A stretch of DNA of 64,000 nucleotides from an uncultured Patescibacteria group bacterium (GCA_905478415.1 CAJQIG010000005.1:65598-129597), one strand, 5' to 3'. Positions 9,397 to 19,968 are shown, numbered from the stretch's first letter. Notes: a model not told the origin generated them from the sequence alone. Program-made: numbers and translations.

Positions 9397-10071
9397 ATGA
9401 AAACACTTATTATTTCAGATCTTCATCTTTTTACTGAATATGACAAGGAGTTGTCGCATTATATCGCAGATCTGCTCTCTTCTGTTGACCAAGTCATTAT
9501 TAACGGAGATTTTTGGGATCACTACCTTTGTACTTTTCCTGAGTTTATACAGTCTGAATGGAAAGAATTGTTCCCGCTTTTTTTAGAAAAAAAAGCTATC
9601 TATATTTATGGCAATCATGACAAAAAAAAGTTTATGGATGAGCGGGTTTCGCTTTTTAGTGTGCAGCAGCTAGAAAAGTATGTACTGACCCAATCGGGGA
9701 AAACATTTGTAATTGAACATGGACACCACATTGCTCCGGAACGTGACGATAAACACCCAATTTTGACAAAGCTTCTTGGTCCTTTTTACCCTCGTTTTTA
9801 TTTTTATTTACTCAAAGGTGTCCCGCTGGCAACTTGGCTTAATCGTAAAATTGTTTTTTCAGCTCAAGAAAAGATAGATAAAAAATTGGTGCAGTATGTG
9901 TCAAAACAACGAGATAGCAACGTAAAAGGCTATATTTTTGGTCACTCACACATATTTAATGAGATGACGATTCCCCATTATTTTAACTCTGGTTATTTTT
10001 GGGCTGGTACGGCACGATACCTTATTATCGAGAATGGAAAAGTCATTCCTAAAGTTGAACACTACTGGTAG
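9397..10071 (+). CDS. Calcineurin-like metallophosphoesterase
   Basis: SDLH, GDFWD, GNHD, HGH and GHSH motifs. Confidence 0.85.
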   Translation: MKTLIISDLHLFTEYDKELSHYIADLLSSVDQVIINGDFWDHYLCTFPEFIQSEWKELFPLFLEKKAIYIYGNHDKKKFMDERVSLFSVQQLEKYVLTQSGKTFVIEHGHHIAPERDDKHPILTKLLGPFYPRFYFYLLKGVPLATWLNRKIVFSAQEKIDKKLVQYVSKQRDSNVKGYIFGHSHIFNEMTIPHYFNSGYFWAGTARYLIIENGKVIPKVEHYW

Positions 10072-10079
10072 GAGTACTC

Positions 10080-11129
10080 ATGAAAAATTGGGAACACATT
10101 CATTTGAACCCTCAGTTGCTGAAAACCTTCACCGTTAGAGCTCAAGTTATTGATGCTATCCGAACTTTTTTCAAGGAGCGTTCATTTTTAGAAGTTGAGA
10201 CTCCCCTTTTAGTTGAAAATCCTGGCACAGAGCCATATCTGGAAGTTTTTAAAACTACACTTAAAACTCAAAAGTATGATGATAAGCCAGCTTTTTTAGT
10301 CACAAGTCCAGAACTATTTATGAAGAAGTTACTGGCTGCGGGGATTGGTAACTGTTTCCAAATTGCTAAGAGTTTTCGTAATGAGGAAGGGCGAAGTGCG
10401 TTTCATAATCATGAATTTACTATTTTAGAGTGGTATCGAACTGAGGCAGATTACACAGATATTATGGATGATTCTGAAGAGTTACTTCTTTTTATTCTTA
10501 AGACAGTGACTAAAAATCCTCAAGCTACGGTGCTGCCTTTTCAAGGGAAAGAATATGATTTATCTGGTCCTTGGGAAAGAATTTCGGTGGCTGAAGCCTT
10601 TCAAAAGTATGCTGCTATTTCGGTTGAGACGCTTCTTGATGAAGTAGAGCTTCTCAAAAAAGCCAAATCTAAAGGGTATGCGGTTACAGCTACGACCACT
10701 TGGGAAGAAATATACAATCAAATTTTCTTGAATGAAATTGAACCCAATCTTGGTTCAAAGAAACCTACCATTATCTATGATTACCCAATTTCACAGGCTG
10801 CTCTTTCAAAGCCAAAGAAGTCCGATCCTCGATTTGCTGAGCGGTTTGAGTTTTATCTAGCAGGTTCCGAGTTGGGAAATGCCTTCTCCGAATTAACTGA
10901 CCCACAAGTACAACGTGCAAGAATGGTTGAAGATTTGAAGTTGAGAAAAGAACTTGCCAAGTATGAGTTTCAGTTGGATGAAGATTTTTTTAAGGCATTA
11001 GAAATGGGTTTGCCAGAAACAGGTGGAATTGCAGTGGGAGTCGATAGATTAGTTATGTTGTTTGCTGATGTACCAAATGTGAAATCTACTCTCTTTTTTC
11101 CTATCGATGAAGTGTTCTCATTTGAGTGA
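10080..11129 (+). CDS. epmA: EF-P lysine aminoacylase EpmA (GenX/PoxA)
   Basis: LysRS catalytic core without the anticodon-binding domain; TSPELFMKKLL, FRNEE, HNHEFTILEWY, GIAVGVDRL; directly upstream of efp. Confidence 0.9.
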   Translation: MKNWEHIHLNPQLLKTFTVRAQVIDAIRTFFKERSFLEVETPLLVENPGTEPYLEVFKTTLKTQKYDDKPAFLVTSPELFMKKLLAAGIGNCFQIAKSFRNEEGRSAFHNHEFTILEWYRTEADYTDIMDDSEELLLFILKTVTKNPQATVLPFQGKEYDLSGPWERISVAEAFQKYAAISVETLLDEVELLKKAKSKGYAVTATTTWEEIYNQIFLNEIEPNLGSKKPTIIYDYPISQAALSKPKKSDPRFAERFEFYLAGSELGNAFSELTDPQVQRARMVEDLKLRKELAKYEFQLDEDFFKALEMGLPETGGIAVGVDRLVMLFADVPNVKSTLFFPIDEVFSFE

Positions 11130-11173
11130 CAATATAATTTTTTCCCTTAAAAAGAGTGGTATAATACTCATCT

Positions 11174-11740
11174 ATGTCAGTCATCAAAGCCGGGAGTATT
11201 CGCAAAGGCATGTATCTTTTACATAAGGATCAGCCGTACTTCGTCACCAAAACAGATTTTATGAGTCCTGGTAAAGGTTCGGCTTTTATGCGGGTAAAAT
11301 ATCGAAATGCCAAAACGGGCAACACCGAAGAGTTTACCTACAAATCAAATGAATCAGTCGAGGAGCTAGATGTTGAGAGTAAGCAAATGCAGTTTTTGTA
11401 TGCTGATGGTGATGATTCAGTTCTGATGGATAACACCACTTTTGAACAAGTTTCAATTCCTAATACGCTCATAGCAGAAAAAGTTGGACTGCTCTCTCCA
11501 GAGATTCAAGTCTATGTTCTTTTTTATGATGGAGAGGCCTTAGGAGTTTCTTTTCCGCCCAAAGTTCGACTTACTGTTACTTACGCTGAAGATTCTACAG
11601 CAGGTAATACACAAGGCCAGGCTCGAAAAAATGTGACCTTGGAAACGGGGCTGGTTGTTTCAGCACCAATTTTTGTAAAAGAAGGCAATGTGCTAGTCAT
11701 TGATACCGAGACACTTTCGTACGTATCTCGAGCCAATTAA
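11174..11740 (+). CDS. efp: Elongation factor P
   Basis: PGKGSAF loop; LETG...P.FV; YVSR C-terminus. Confidence 0.95.
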   Translation: MSVIKAGSIRKGMYLLHKDQPYFVTKTDFMSPGKGSAFMRVKYRNAKTGNTEEFTYKSNESVEELDVESKQMQFLYADGDDSVLMDNTTFEQVSIPNTLIAEKVGLLSPEIQVYVLFYDGEALGVSFPPKVRLTVTYAEDSTAGNTQGQARKNVTLETGLVVSAPIFVKEGNVLVIDTETLSYVSRAN

Positions 11741-11749
11741 TGTTCCAGT

Positions 11750-12712
11750 TTAGAATGCCAGGGTTTTAACTACAAACACAATATAAAAAAGTAGGAGTGC
11801 GAAACCTGTTTTCTTGGGTATCTTTTTTCCACTATACATAAAAATCATCACACTGAAGAAAATAGTGATAATAAGTAATGAGAAAAGTTCCCACGTTGAT
11901 GTCGGTCCTCCCCCATTAAAAAGTAAGATAATGCCGGGAAAAAGTGAGAGATTAAAGACATTACTTCCAACGAGTGTGCCTAAGACCACTTTATTTTCGT
12001 GTTTGCGAGCGGCTAAAATTGTCATGAGCAGCTCGGGAAGTGAGGTTGAGAGTGCAGTAAGAGTTAATCCTAAAACTGAAGTTGCAAAGCCAAAAATAGC
12101 AGCTAGTGAATTAACTGCATTGACGGTTACCAGTCCTCCAATAGCTAGTCCAAGAACTGTAGTTGGAATGGTGACAAGATAAAAAAGTTGAGGAAACCGT
12201 CTTTGTTTTGTATAGAGGGTTTGTACTTTGGCCAGAATATGTTTATCTTCATGTAAGCGACCCTGTTTAGCAATGAAGTATTGGTATAACAGTGAGGCAG
12301 AGATAATCACAAAAAAGAGTAAGGCTTTATTAATGTTTGCAATTGACGAGAGTAGTAAAATTACAAAAAGCACAGTTATTGCCAAGAGCAACGTCGCATT
12401 TTTTTGAGATTTATTGGTGCCAATTTTGATGCCTCCAAAAAGGGCTCCAGTTGCGAAAACAATGGTTATATTGGTGATACTGCTACCGATTAGGTTTGCC
12501 ATAGCTAAGTCAGCATCATGTTGGTAGAGCGAAACACTGGTGACGGTTAGTTCGGGTAAATTTGTTCCCAATGCAACAACTACAAGAGAAATAAAGAGTG
12601 GTGAAAAACGCCATTTTGCAGCCAACTCTTGGGCAACATTTAAAAATGCTTGTGAGGATACAAGCATAACAATAAGACCGATGACAAATGATAGCAATGT
12701 GGGCAGTAACAC
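11750..12712 (-). CDS. CaCA-family Na+/Ca2+ exchanger (YrbG-like)
   Basis: Alpha repeats GTNLPE and STSLPE; GSNVFN. Confidence 0.85.
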   Translation of the reverse strand: MLLPTLLSFVIGLIVMLVSSQAFLNVAQELAAKWRFSPLFISLVVVALGTNLPELTVTSVSLYQHDADLAMANLIGSSITNITIVFATGALFGGIKIGTNKSQKNATLLLAITVLFVILLLSSIANINKALLFFVIISASLLYQYFIAKQGRLHEDKHILAKVQTLYTKQRRFPQLFYLVTIPTTVLGLAIGGLVTVNAVNSLAAIFGFATSVLGLTLTALSTSLPELLMTILAARKHENKVVLGTLVGSNVFNLSLFPGIILLFNGGGPTSTWELFSLLIITIFFSVMIFMYSGKKIPKKTGFALLLFYIVFVVKTLAF

Positions 12713-12734
12713 AGAACAAGTATAGCAAGTCTAA

Positions 12735-13982
12735 CTACTGACTGTCTATCTGTGCAAGCTCTTTTTGTGGCATTGAGATTTTTTTAGGAATTACTGATGA
12801 TAAATAGAGAGAAATAATAAAGACTAAAAAGCCAATAATTGAAAAAGCAGTTTTAATTGATGTCGCAGAAGCTAAGAAGGTGGCCAGAATTGGTCCTATG
12901 ACATACGCTAAACTTGCTGATGAACCTTGCATTCCAATCATTTCAGTATCACTTTCTCTCAGCCGGCTGACATAGTCTTCGAAAGTGGCTTTCAGCTCAG
13001 GAATAGCAATAGCAAGGAATGTAGCCGAAAAGAAGGTGATAAGGAGCAATAGAGGTACATTCTGAATAAAGGTATAGCTGAAGAGCCCGAGGCCAGCGAT
13101 GCCACTGCTCAGAAGAGCTGTTTTCTTTTTTCCAAAAGGATTTGGTATTTTTCCAAGAAGAAGACCCACGATCGCAGACGGAGCAACATAGACAGTTAAG
13201 AACATATTTCCCAAGACATGTTGGTTGCTCAATTCTTGCATAAATAAGGTGCCAATTGTCCAAAAAGTTCCATCGATAGTAGTTACTAATAGTTGTAAGA
13301 ATAATAACGGCCAGGTCTTTTTGAAGAGCACTCTCCAGACATGTATTTCGGTAGTCCAAGACTTTGTATGAATTATCGTTGTTTTTCTGCTAATCTTTTT
13401 TCGTACAAATAAAAAGTTAAAAATAATCGCAAGTAGCATTGCCAGACCAATGAAAGTGATGACTGCAGTGAAAACAGATGAGTAGCCAAAGACCAGCAGT
13501 TCTGCTGCAAGCAGTGGAGCCAGTGCATAAGCACTTGATTGGGCAGATTGAATAATTCCCCAAGTTTTGGTGTGTTCATTGAGATGAACATAGGTATGTA
13601 CAAACTGGAAAGATGAAAATACATTCAGTTCATAATAAATACCCCAGATCGCCATGGCCAAAAGCAGTGTTGCTAGATGTTGAGGGAAGAAAAGAAAGGC
13701 CAATGGGAATGCTAGTGCAGTCAAGATTGTTGCTTTCAAAAAAAAGAAGTGAGGTTTATTAGTAAGTACCTTTGGGAAAAACAAATCACAGGCAATACCA
13801 ACCACCGATGAAAAAGCAAAGACAATGCCCATAAGGAAAGTGCTGTGTACTTGTTCTTCAATAAAAATTGGACTGATAAATGACATGATTCCGTCTGCAA
13901 AGGAAATGACGAAAATAATCACTGCAAACAGAAAGATAGAAAAAAAGTGTGTTTTTTGAGCTTTGCTTTGAATGGTAAACAT
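12735..13982 (-). CDS. MFS transporter
   Basis: About 12 hydrophobic segments in 415 aa. Confidence 0.75.
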   Translation of the reverse strand: MFTIQSKAQKTHFFSIFLFAVIIFVISFADGIMSFISPIFIEEQVHSTFLMGIVFAFSSVVGIACDLFFPKVLTNKPHFFFLKATILTALAFPLAFLFFPQHLATLLLAMAIWGIYYELNVFSSFQFVHTYVHLNEHTKTWGIIQSAQSSAYALAPLLAAELLVFGYSSVFTAVITFIGLAMLLAIIFNFLFVRKKISRKTTIIHTKSWTTEIHVWRVLFKKTWPLLFLQLLVTTIDGTFWTIGTLFMQELSNQHVLGNMFLTVYVAPSAIVGLLLGKIPNPFGKKKTALLSSGIAGLGLFSYTFIQNVPLLLLITFFSATFLAIAIPELKATFEDYVSRLRESDTEMIGMQGSSASLAYVIGPILATFLASATSIKTAFSIIGFLVFIISLYLSSVIPKKISMPQKELAQIDSQ

Positions 13983-14024
13983 TACCCTATTAGTATCCTA
14001 TTTTTTCGGGGAAAAGGGAAGATA

Positions 14025-14054
14025 AAAAAAGTCCCAGCAGGTTGCCGGGACTTT
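14025..14054 (-). terminator. Terminator after the TerC gene
   Basis: agtccc...gggact hairpin with a U tract on the minus strand. Confidence 0.65.
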
Positions 14055-14070
14055 CGTAGAACAAAAGTAG

Positions 14071-14850
14071 TTATTCAGTTGTATCTGAGACAATCTCAGA
14101 TTGGTGAGGCTCGTGGAGGACAACCACACCATTTTTGGATTTATAGCGGATGTTGAGCATTTCCACCATTAATGAAAATCCCATCATGGCATACATATAG
14201 CTTTTAAGGTGTGCCGTATGTACTACAACAGGCATAAACCCCTCAAGCATTAAAATAAAACCAACCATCATTAAAAAGGACAAAGCAAGGATTTTTAAAG
14301 AAGGATGTTTTTCGACCAATATACTAACCTTATTCGAGAACAGCCACATTACTGCTGCTCCGATAACGATAGCCGTGATCATGACCCAAAGTACCCCGTT
14401 GGCTAAGCCAACCGCGGTGATTATCGAATCAAGTGAAAAGACCATGTCCATTAGGATAATTTGAGCAATCACTTTGGCAAAAGACTTACCAGCTTCTTTC
14501 GCGTTGAGGTGATCATCTTGACCTTCAAGCTTCTGGTACATCTCGGTACTAGCTTTGTAGGCTAAAAATAGTCCACCAAAGATGAGAATAATACCTTTCA
14601 AGGTGAAAGCAGTTCCAAACAATATAAATAAGGTGGTTTGCCCGTGAATGATAATCACGTTCACGATCAGTAGCAACAAAATACGCATGATAACTGCGAG
14701 CGCGATACCAATGCTTCGAGCTCGTTTTCTCATTCCATCAGGTAAATTGTTTGTTAAAACACTTAAAAGTACCAGGTTATCAATCCCAAGTACAATCTCT
14801 AAAAATGACAATGTTCCTAGGGTTGTAAGGCTATGCCACATGGTATTCAC
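14071..14850 (-). CDS. TerC-family integral membrane protein
   Basis: LEIVLGIDN and DMVFSLDSIITAVG motifs. Confidence 0.9.
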   Translation of the reverse strand: MNTMWHSLTTLGTLSFLEIVLGIDNLVLLSVLTNNLPDGMRKRARSIGIALAVIMRILLLLIVNVIIIHGQTTLFILFGTAFTLKGIILIFGGLFLAYKASTEMYQKLEGQDDHLNAKEAGKSFAKVIAQIILMDMVFSLDSIITAVGLANGVLWVMITAIVIGAAVMWLFSNKVSILVEKHPSLKILALSFLMMVGFILMLEGFMPVVVHTAHLKSYMYAMMGFSLMVEMLNIRYKSKNGVVVLHEPHQSEIVSDTTE

Positions 14851-15071
14851 TCCTTTTTTGTGGATGAGTAACTACAGTTGTTAAAGAGCAGACACAAAGC
14901 TAAGCTTTGATCTACGTTGACGGAGATTCTTTTGGGAACAAAAAAATCGACTGTCTTAAATAAGAGACTGGCCGATTGTAATTACCTTAGTTGCGATAAC
15001 AAAGGTCAAGGCGTTGTTGTCTATGACCCATATTTTAATAAATATTCTAAATAAATCAAGTGGACTTTTTT

Positions 15072-16334
15072 CTACTTAGAAGATTTTGTAATAACAAGAG
15101 TAGTATCCTGCCTCCAAGCATCTTTATTGGGGTTTTCAAAAAAATCGTATGCGAGTTTGCCACCAGATTTTATATTAAATGTTTCCATTGCTTTTTGTAA
15201 AGCCTCATCATCGTACGTTCTTCCAAAGGGGAATCCTTGTTGCATTGGAAATATATATGCTTTGCCACCTGGCTTTAAGACTCGTTGTATCTCTCCCAAC
15301 CATGATTCAAAATCAACTTTATCTGCATCAGGAATCACATGGGTTGAAATTGAATAGGAGCAGACAATCCGGTCCATACTTTGTGATTTGAGTGGTAGAT
15401 TTGGAAAAATGCCCGCAATGACTTCAGAATTTTCAGTTTGTTTATGTAATCGTAGAGAATTGAGGATACTGAGTTCTTCCTGTTTTATTTTTGTTTCTCT
15501 ATCTTCACCAGGCATGTCTTCATCTAATTCACTAATAAAAGCATCCATGTGAGATTTGACAGTTTCTTTGTAGTCTTTAATATCTTCTAAACCCTTATTG
15601 ATAGTATTTGTTATATAGTTGCAAAACCGATGAATTCCTTCAATAGGGTGATGTATTCCGTGTTCTCCCTTGGTTTCAACACGTTCTGTTTCTCTACTCA
15701 GAATTAAGTCAGCAGATGCCTCTTCTCTGAGTGCTAGCATTTCTTGCAGCCTGAAAGCTGTATCTTTAACTTTTTTAATAGTTAGTGCAAGGTCTTCAGA
15801 ATTTTCTGTGTTAGTTAACTTTTTTACATCCTCAAGAATTTCATTTGAAAGTGAAAATGCAGTTTGGGCCCATTCCATTTCTCCGTTACAAATGATTTCA
15901 TCAGTCGAGTCAAGTAAGTTGGCATAGTCCGACAACCCAAAAGAATATTCACCATAAAATGTTGTATAGAGTTGATCTAACAGATCACTAAAAGTACGAG
16001 TAAAATTGGCAATTTCACCATACTCATAATCAAAGACAAAGAATCGCTTTGAGTCCATAACCGTTTTACCTTGCCAGGGGGCTCCAATGTAGGCGACTTT
16101 TTCACCACCTTTCTCTGTACCAAACATTTCATCATTAGGAATGCCAGTCATATCTTCGATATCTCCACTGGAAAGTTCAATGACTCTTTTTGTTTCAGCG
16201 TTTCTTCCCACAAGCGTTTTTTTGATGAAATCAACACTGCTTGTTTTGGGGACAGTTACTGTTTCTGCTTCTTCCATCAAATCTCTTAAGAGGGAATCAG
16301 GTAGGTGCTCAGAGTTTGGGTAACGTATGCTCAT
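15072..16334 (-). CDS. Hypothetical protein with a C-terminal class I SAM-methyltransferase-like region
   Basis: LPLKSQSMDRIVCSY and EIQRVLKPGG. Confidence 0.65.
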   Translation of the reverse strand: MSIRYPNSEHLPDSLLRDLMEEAETVTVPKTSSVDFIKKTLVGRNAETKRVIELSSGDIEDMTGIPNDEMFGTEKGGEKVAYIGAPWQGKTVMDSKRFFVFDYEYGEIANFTRTFSDLLDQLYTTFYGEYSFGLSDYANLLDSTDEIICNGEMEWAQTAFSLSNEILEDVKKLTNTENSEDLALTIKKVKDTAFRLQEMLALREEASADLILSRETERVETKGEHGIHHPIEGIHRFCNYITNTINKGLEDIKDYKETVKSHMDAFISELDEDMPGEDRETKIKQEELSILNSLRLHKQTENSEVIAGIFPNLPLKSQSMDRIVCSYSISTHVIPDADKVDFESWLGEIQRVLKPGGKAYIFPMQQGFPFGRTYDDEALQKAMETFNIKSGGKLAYDFFENPNKDAWRQDTTLVITKSSK

Positions 16335-16470
16335 GGCTATTATAGTAGCTTATTGTGAAACTTAAATATAGTGAGGTAACTGAGTAAGTTGAGCAATAGT
16401 CCTTGCTATAACTTCTATGCTATATAATGCACTTCTAGTCTGATCTTGTAAGACAGAAGATACTCAACGT

Positions 16471-17727
16471 ATGGTAAAGAAACATTTTAAAAAGACAAAA
16501 TACGATGTACTCGTAATTGGAGGGGGTCCATCAGGACTTATTGCTTCAGGAAGAGCTGCTGAGAATGGTCGGTCAGTAGTGTTGCTTGAAAAAAACAATA
16601 TTCTTGGTAAAAAATTGTTAATCTCGGGCGGTGGTAGGTGTAACATCACAAATAATAAGCATGATGCTAGAATTTTAGTCGAAAGTTACAGAGAAAAACC
16701 AGCTGAATTATTTTCGTTATTTTACCGATTTAATGTGCAAGACACTCTAGATTTTTTTCTTAAGAGAGGCTTAGATACTAAACTCGAAGCTGAAGATAGA
16801 CTTTTTCCTATCACCGAGAAAGCCCTTTCAGTTCAGGAAGTTTTGATTGAGTATGCAAAAAAAGAAGGCGTACAAATTAATTTAAATTCTGAAGTAGTAA
16901 CGATTGGGTATAGTGAAAGTAAAAAAGAATTTACTGTTCAGACTCAAACGGTAGAATATATTTCTGAATCGTTAATTATTTCAACAGGAGGTTTGTCTCG
17001 ACCTGATACTGGTTCGACTGGTGATGGATTCAGTTGGGCTCAGTCTTTAGGGCATACAGTGAATGAAGATAGCTCAGCTTTAGTTCCAGTGGCACTAAAA
17101 GGACAGTGGTTTAAGGAATTATCAGGTACAACGTTAGAGTATGTAGAAATAGGGATTTGGCAAAAAAATAAAAAACTACATAAAAGTAAAGGTCGTGTTT
17201 TACTAACTCATTTTGGAATGACCGGACCAACAATTATAAACATGAGTAGCAAAATTGCTGATGCTCTAAAGAATGGTCCCGTAGAGCTGAGCATTGATTT
17301 CTTACCAAGTGTATCTGAACCCGACCTCAAAGAACAATTGACTGAAGTCATAGAGTTACATAGAAATAAAGAAATTGCATCTTTACTGAAAGGATATTTC
17401 TCTAAAAAGATGATTCCTTTGTTCCTGAAGGAAATTGGGATCAATCATAAAACTCCTGGCCACAGTATTACAAAAGAAAACAGAAAAAGTATTTTGCGAG
17501 CCCTAAAAGGTTTGAAATTTGCGGTTAAAGGCTTACTTGGAAAAGATAAGGCAATCATCTCAGGAGGTGGTGTTAAGATCAAAGAAATTGACTTCAAAAC
17601 AATGGAATCGAGAATTATTCCTAAGCTTTATATTGTCGGAGATATGCTCGATATAAATAGACCTTCTGGCGGGTATAGTCTTCAATTGTGTTGGTCTACT
17701 GGGTATGTTGCTGGTGATAATGCTTGA
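16471..17727 (+). CDS. HI0933/YhiN-family flavoprotein
   Basis: GGGPSG, GKKLLISGGGRCNITN, TGSTGDG and GGYSLQ motifs. Confidence 0.9.
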   Translation: MVKKHFKKTKYDVLVIGGGPSGLIASGRAAENGRSVVLLEKNNILGKKLLISGGGRCNITNNKHDARILVESYREKPAELFSLFYRFNVQDTLDFFLKRGLDTKLEAEDRLFPITEKALSVQEVLIEYAKKEGVQINLNSEVVTIGYSESKKEFTVQTQTVEYISESLIISTGGLSRPDTGSTGDGFSWAQSLGHTVNEDSSALVPVALKGQWFKELSGTTLEYVEIGIWQKNKKLHKSKGRVLLTHFGMTGPTIINMSSKIADALKNGPVELSIDFLPSVSEPDLKEQLTEVIELHRNKEIASLLKGYFSKKMIPLFLKEIGINHKTPGHSITKENRKSILRALKGLKFAVKGLLGKDKAIISGGGVKIKEIDFKTMESRIIPKLYIVGDMLDINRPSGGYSLQLCWSTGYVAGDNA

Positions 17728-17756
17728 TTTACAGACGTGATAGATTTTATAGCAAG

Positions 17757-18617
17757 TTATAGGAATAAAAGTAACAACCCAGCAGTTACTCCAACTATTC
17801 CAACCATCTTTTTTAGTGTTAATTCGTCTTTAAAAAAGAAAGCAGACAGCAAGGTCAATAAAGAAATTGAGGCTGCATTAGTAGCGTTAACATAGCCAAC
17901 ATTTGGAGCTACATTAAATCCAACTTGCATAAAGTAACTAAAGCTGGCACCAAAAATACCGATCAGTAACAGTGTAATGAGTTGATCTTTCGAAGCATTT
18001 TTCCATTCTACTTTTTTGTATAGTATTTCTCCAAGAATAAGCACTGTTGTAACTACCATTGAGAGAATTAACCTTGAAAGAATTGGAACACCTGCATTTA
18101 GAAGGTATTTCGAACTTAAAGCCAAAAAACCCCAAGCAAAAAATGCACCCATCGTATAGGGGAGCCACAATTTATTAGAAGTAGTTTTGCTTTTATCTTT
18201 ATTGATCGTAATTAAAGCTGAGAATAATATTATTAATACGATAGCGATCACTGACTGTATTGTTAGTGGAGCAGAAAAGAGAAATATTGAAGCTATGGCT
18301 GTAAAAACGACATAACTTTTTGAAATAATTAGACTATACCCAGGGTTTGGTGAATATTCGATTCCTTTTAAGGAAAATTTATTTCCAAGGTAACTAAAGA
18401 AAATACCTTGAATTAAAACTATTAAGTATTCTAGTGGTTTAAGTGTAAAATTAGTTGGGGTTCTGAGTGTTAAAGTTATATAAACAAGTACGGGTATTAG
18501 AAACATAGCAAGGTTATTAAGCTGTTGAGGTGTTTTGAGTGTGTTACTCTTTCGTACTAAGAGATATAAAGCAACTGAGCTAACAAACATGAGTAAGCTG
18601 GCAATAATCCAATTCAT
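17757..18617 (-). CDS. EamA/DMT-family transporter
   Basis: Two 5-TM repeats; FFKDELT. Confidence 0.75.
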   Translation of the reverse strand: MNWIIASLLMFVSSVALYLLVRKSNTLKTPQQLNNLAMFLIPVLVYITLTLRTPTNFTLKPLEYLIVLIQGIFFSYLGNKFSLKGIEYSPNPGYSLIISKSYVVFTAIASIFLFSAPLTIQSVIAIVLIILFSALITINKDKSKTTSNKLWLPYTMGAFFAWGFLALSSKYLLNAGVPILSRLILSMVVTTVLILGEILYKKVEWKNASKDQLITLLLIGIFGASFSYFMQVGFNVAPNVGYVNATNAASISLLTLLSAFFFKDELTLKKMVGIVGVTAGLLLLFL

Positions 18618-18784
18618 ATAATTAATTGTAGCTCATGTGATGTAATAATTTGGGTTCAAACTTTTGATTTTGGATGTGAGAATTTCTAGAGGAAAGATGT
18701 ATTGGGTCGAATACGGGAGTTTGTTAGAACTTTTCTTACCTTACACTTGAGTGCAAACTATAATTATGTTTAGATTTTTTCAAT

Positions 18785-19060
18785 TTAAATCTGGCTTTTG
18801 CCCTTGACTTCACCTGTCTTTTTATTTATTTCAAGCCTACTATAATTATTTTCAAATATGTAGTAATCATCACCTTCTTGAGATTTGTCTGAAGAAAATT
18901 TGTACCCAGAACGATTTGAAAGAAACAAAGAAATTTGCATTGGATTTGAAATTAAATCAGTTGGAATTTTACCGTCATGAAGCCAGTCTAGAAGCCTTTT
19001 CATCGTACCATCATGTATACTTTGAATCATTTCTGTTGACTCGGTGTTATCTTCAAACAT
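18785..19060 (-). CDS. Hypothetical protein
   Basis: ORF with a GGAG RBS in an AT-rich context. Confidence 0.55.
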   Translation of the reverse strand: MFEDNTESTEMIQSIHDGTMKRLLDWLHDGKIPTDLISNPMQISLFLSNRSGYKFSSDKSQEGDDYYIFENNYSRLEINKKTGEVKGKSQI

Positions 19061-19275
19061 ATTTTATCTCCAATCTATTGTGATAAACTTAATTTTATCA
19101 TATATCGTGAGAAAATAATGAATTTCTAATTTATCACTTTAATCAATTGTTTCAAAACATCTGAAAAAACAATAAAATAAATTTATATATCAATAAATTT
19201 GGGGTCGGTGGTTGAACGACGTTTGAACAGTTTTCAAATACAATTATACTTAGAAATTATAAAAATAAATTATTT

Positions 19276-19590
19276 TTATGAATCTTTAGGCTTTTTATCA
19301 ATTAAAACGTTTTGTTGCCATTTACTAGGTTTTTTATCAGTACGATGAATACAGCCTACCCAACAACATGGACGCTTTTGACCATCTAGCAATTCTTCGA
19401 CAGTTCTTTTAATACGTCTTGCTCTAGTTTTATCTTGTTTAGCGTTTTCTATCCAACAAATAAACTCATTTCTGGCAATTACTGTCAAATTTTCCCAAAG
19501 TTTTGTAATTTGTTTTGTTTTAGTTAGTGCTATAACTAAATCTTCTGGTAATTGGTGGACGAGGCCACCTTTTAATTTAGGTTTATTCAT
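19276..19590 (-). CDS. YdeI/OmpD-associated family protein
   Basis: LPEDL...WIENAKQDKTRARRI...RPCCW. Confidence 0.8.
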   Translation of the reverse strand: MNKPKLKGGLVHQLPEDLVIALTKTKQITKLWENLTVIARNEFICWIENAKQDKTRARRIKRTVEELLDGQKRPCCWVGCIHRTDKKPSKWQQNVLIDKKPKDS

Positions 19591-19613
19591 TACTTCAGTA
19601 TAACAGCTATGAA

Positions 19614-19967
19614 TTAGTTTTTTCTTTTATATGCAATAAACCCAAATAACGCAGCTGGAATTATTGCCCACAACACACCAAAAATACCAACGTAGGAACT
19701 GTATAGAACAATTCCTGATAGAAAGATAACCGCAAGTCCAAGTGCAGATGGTGTAGCAAATTTGCGCAACGAGTTATTTTTAACCGATATCAGCATGCCA
19801 ATAGCTAAGATAATTTGTGTAATTCCAAGACCAGTCCAAAATATTGCTGGCAGTGTTTCTAGCGCCCACACGCTGGCTAAATCAGTGTAATTCCCTCTCA
19901 TATAAACACTCCCAGTAAGTGTCCAGAGTGCCAATATAATTTGTAATATTGAGATAAGTATGTTCAT
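19614..19967 (-). CDS. Small 4-TM membrane protein (DoxX-like)
   Basis: Hydrophobicity pattern; cluster context. Confidence 0.6.
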   Translation of the reverse strand: MNILISILQIILALWTLTGSVYMRGNYTDLASVWALETLPAIFWTGLGITQIILAIGMLISVKNNSLRKFATPSALGLAVIFLSGIVLYSSYVGIFGVLWAIIPAALFGFIAYKRKN

Positions 19968-19968
19968 C

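Noticed and set aside
10080-11129. Second lysS
   Set aside because: Lacks the anticodon-binding domain and lies beside efp, so it is EpmA; the true lysS is at 37982..40015.
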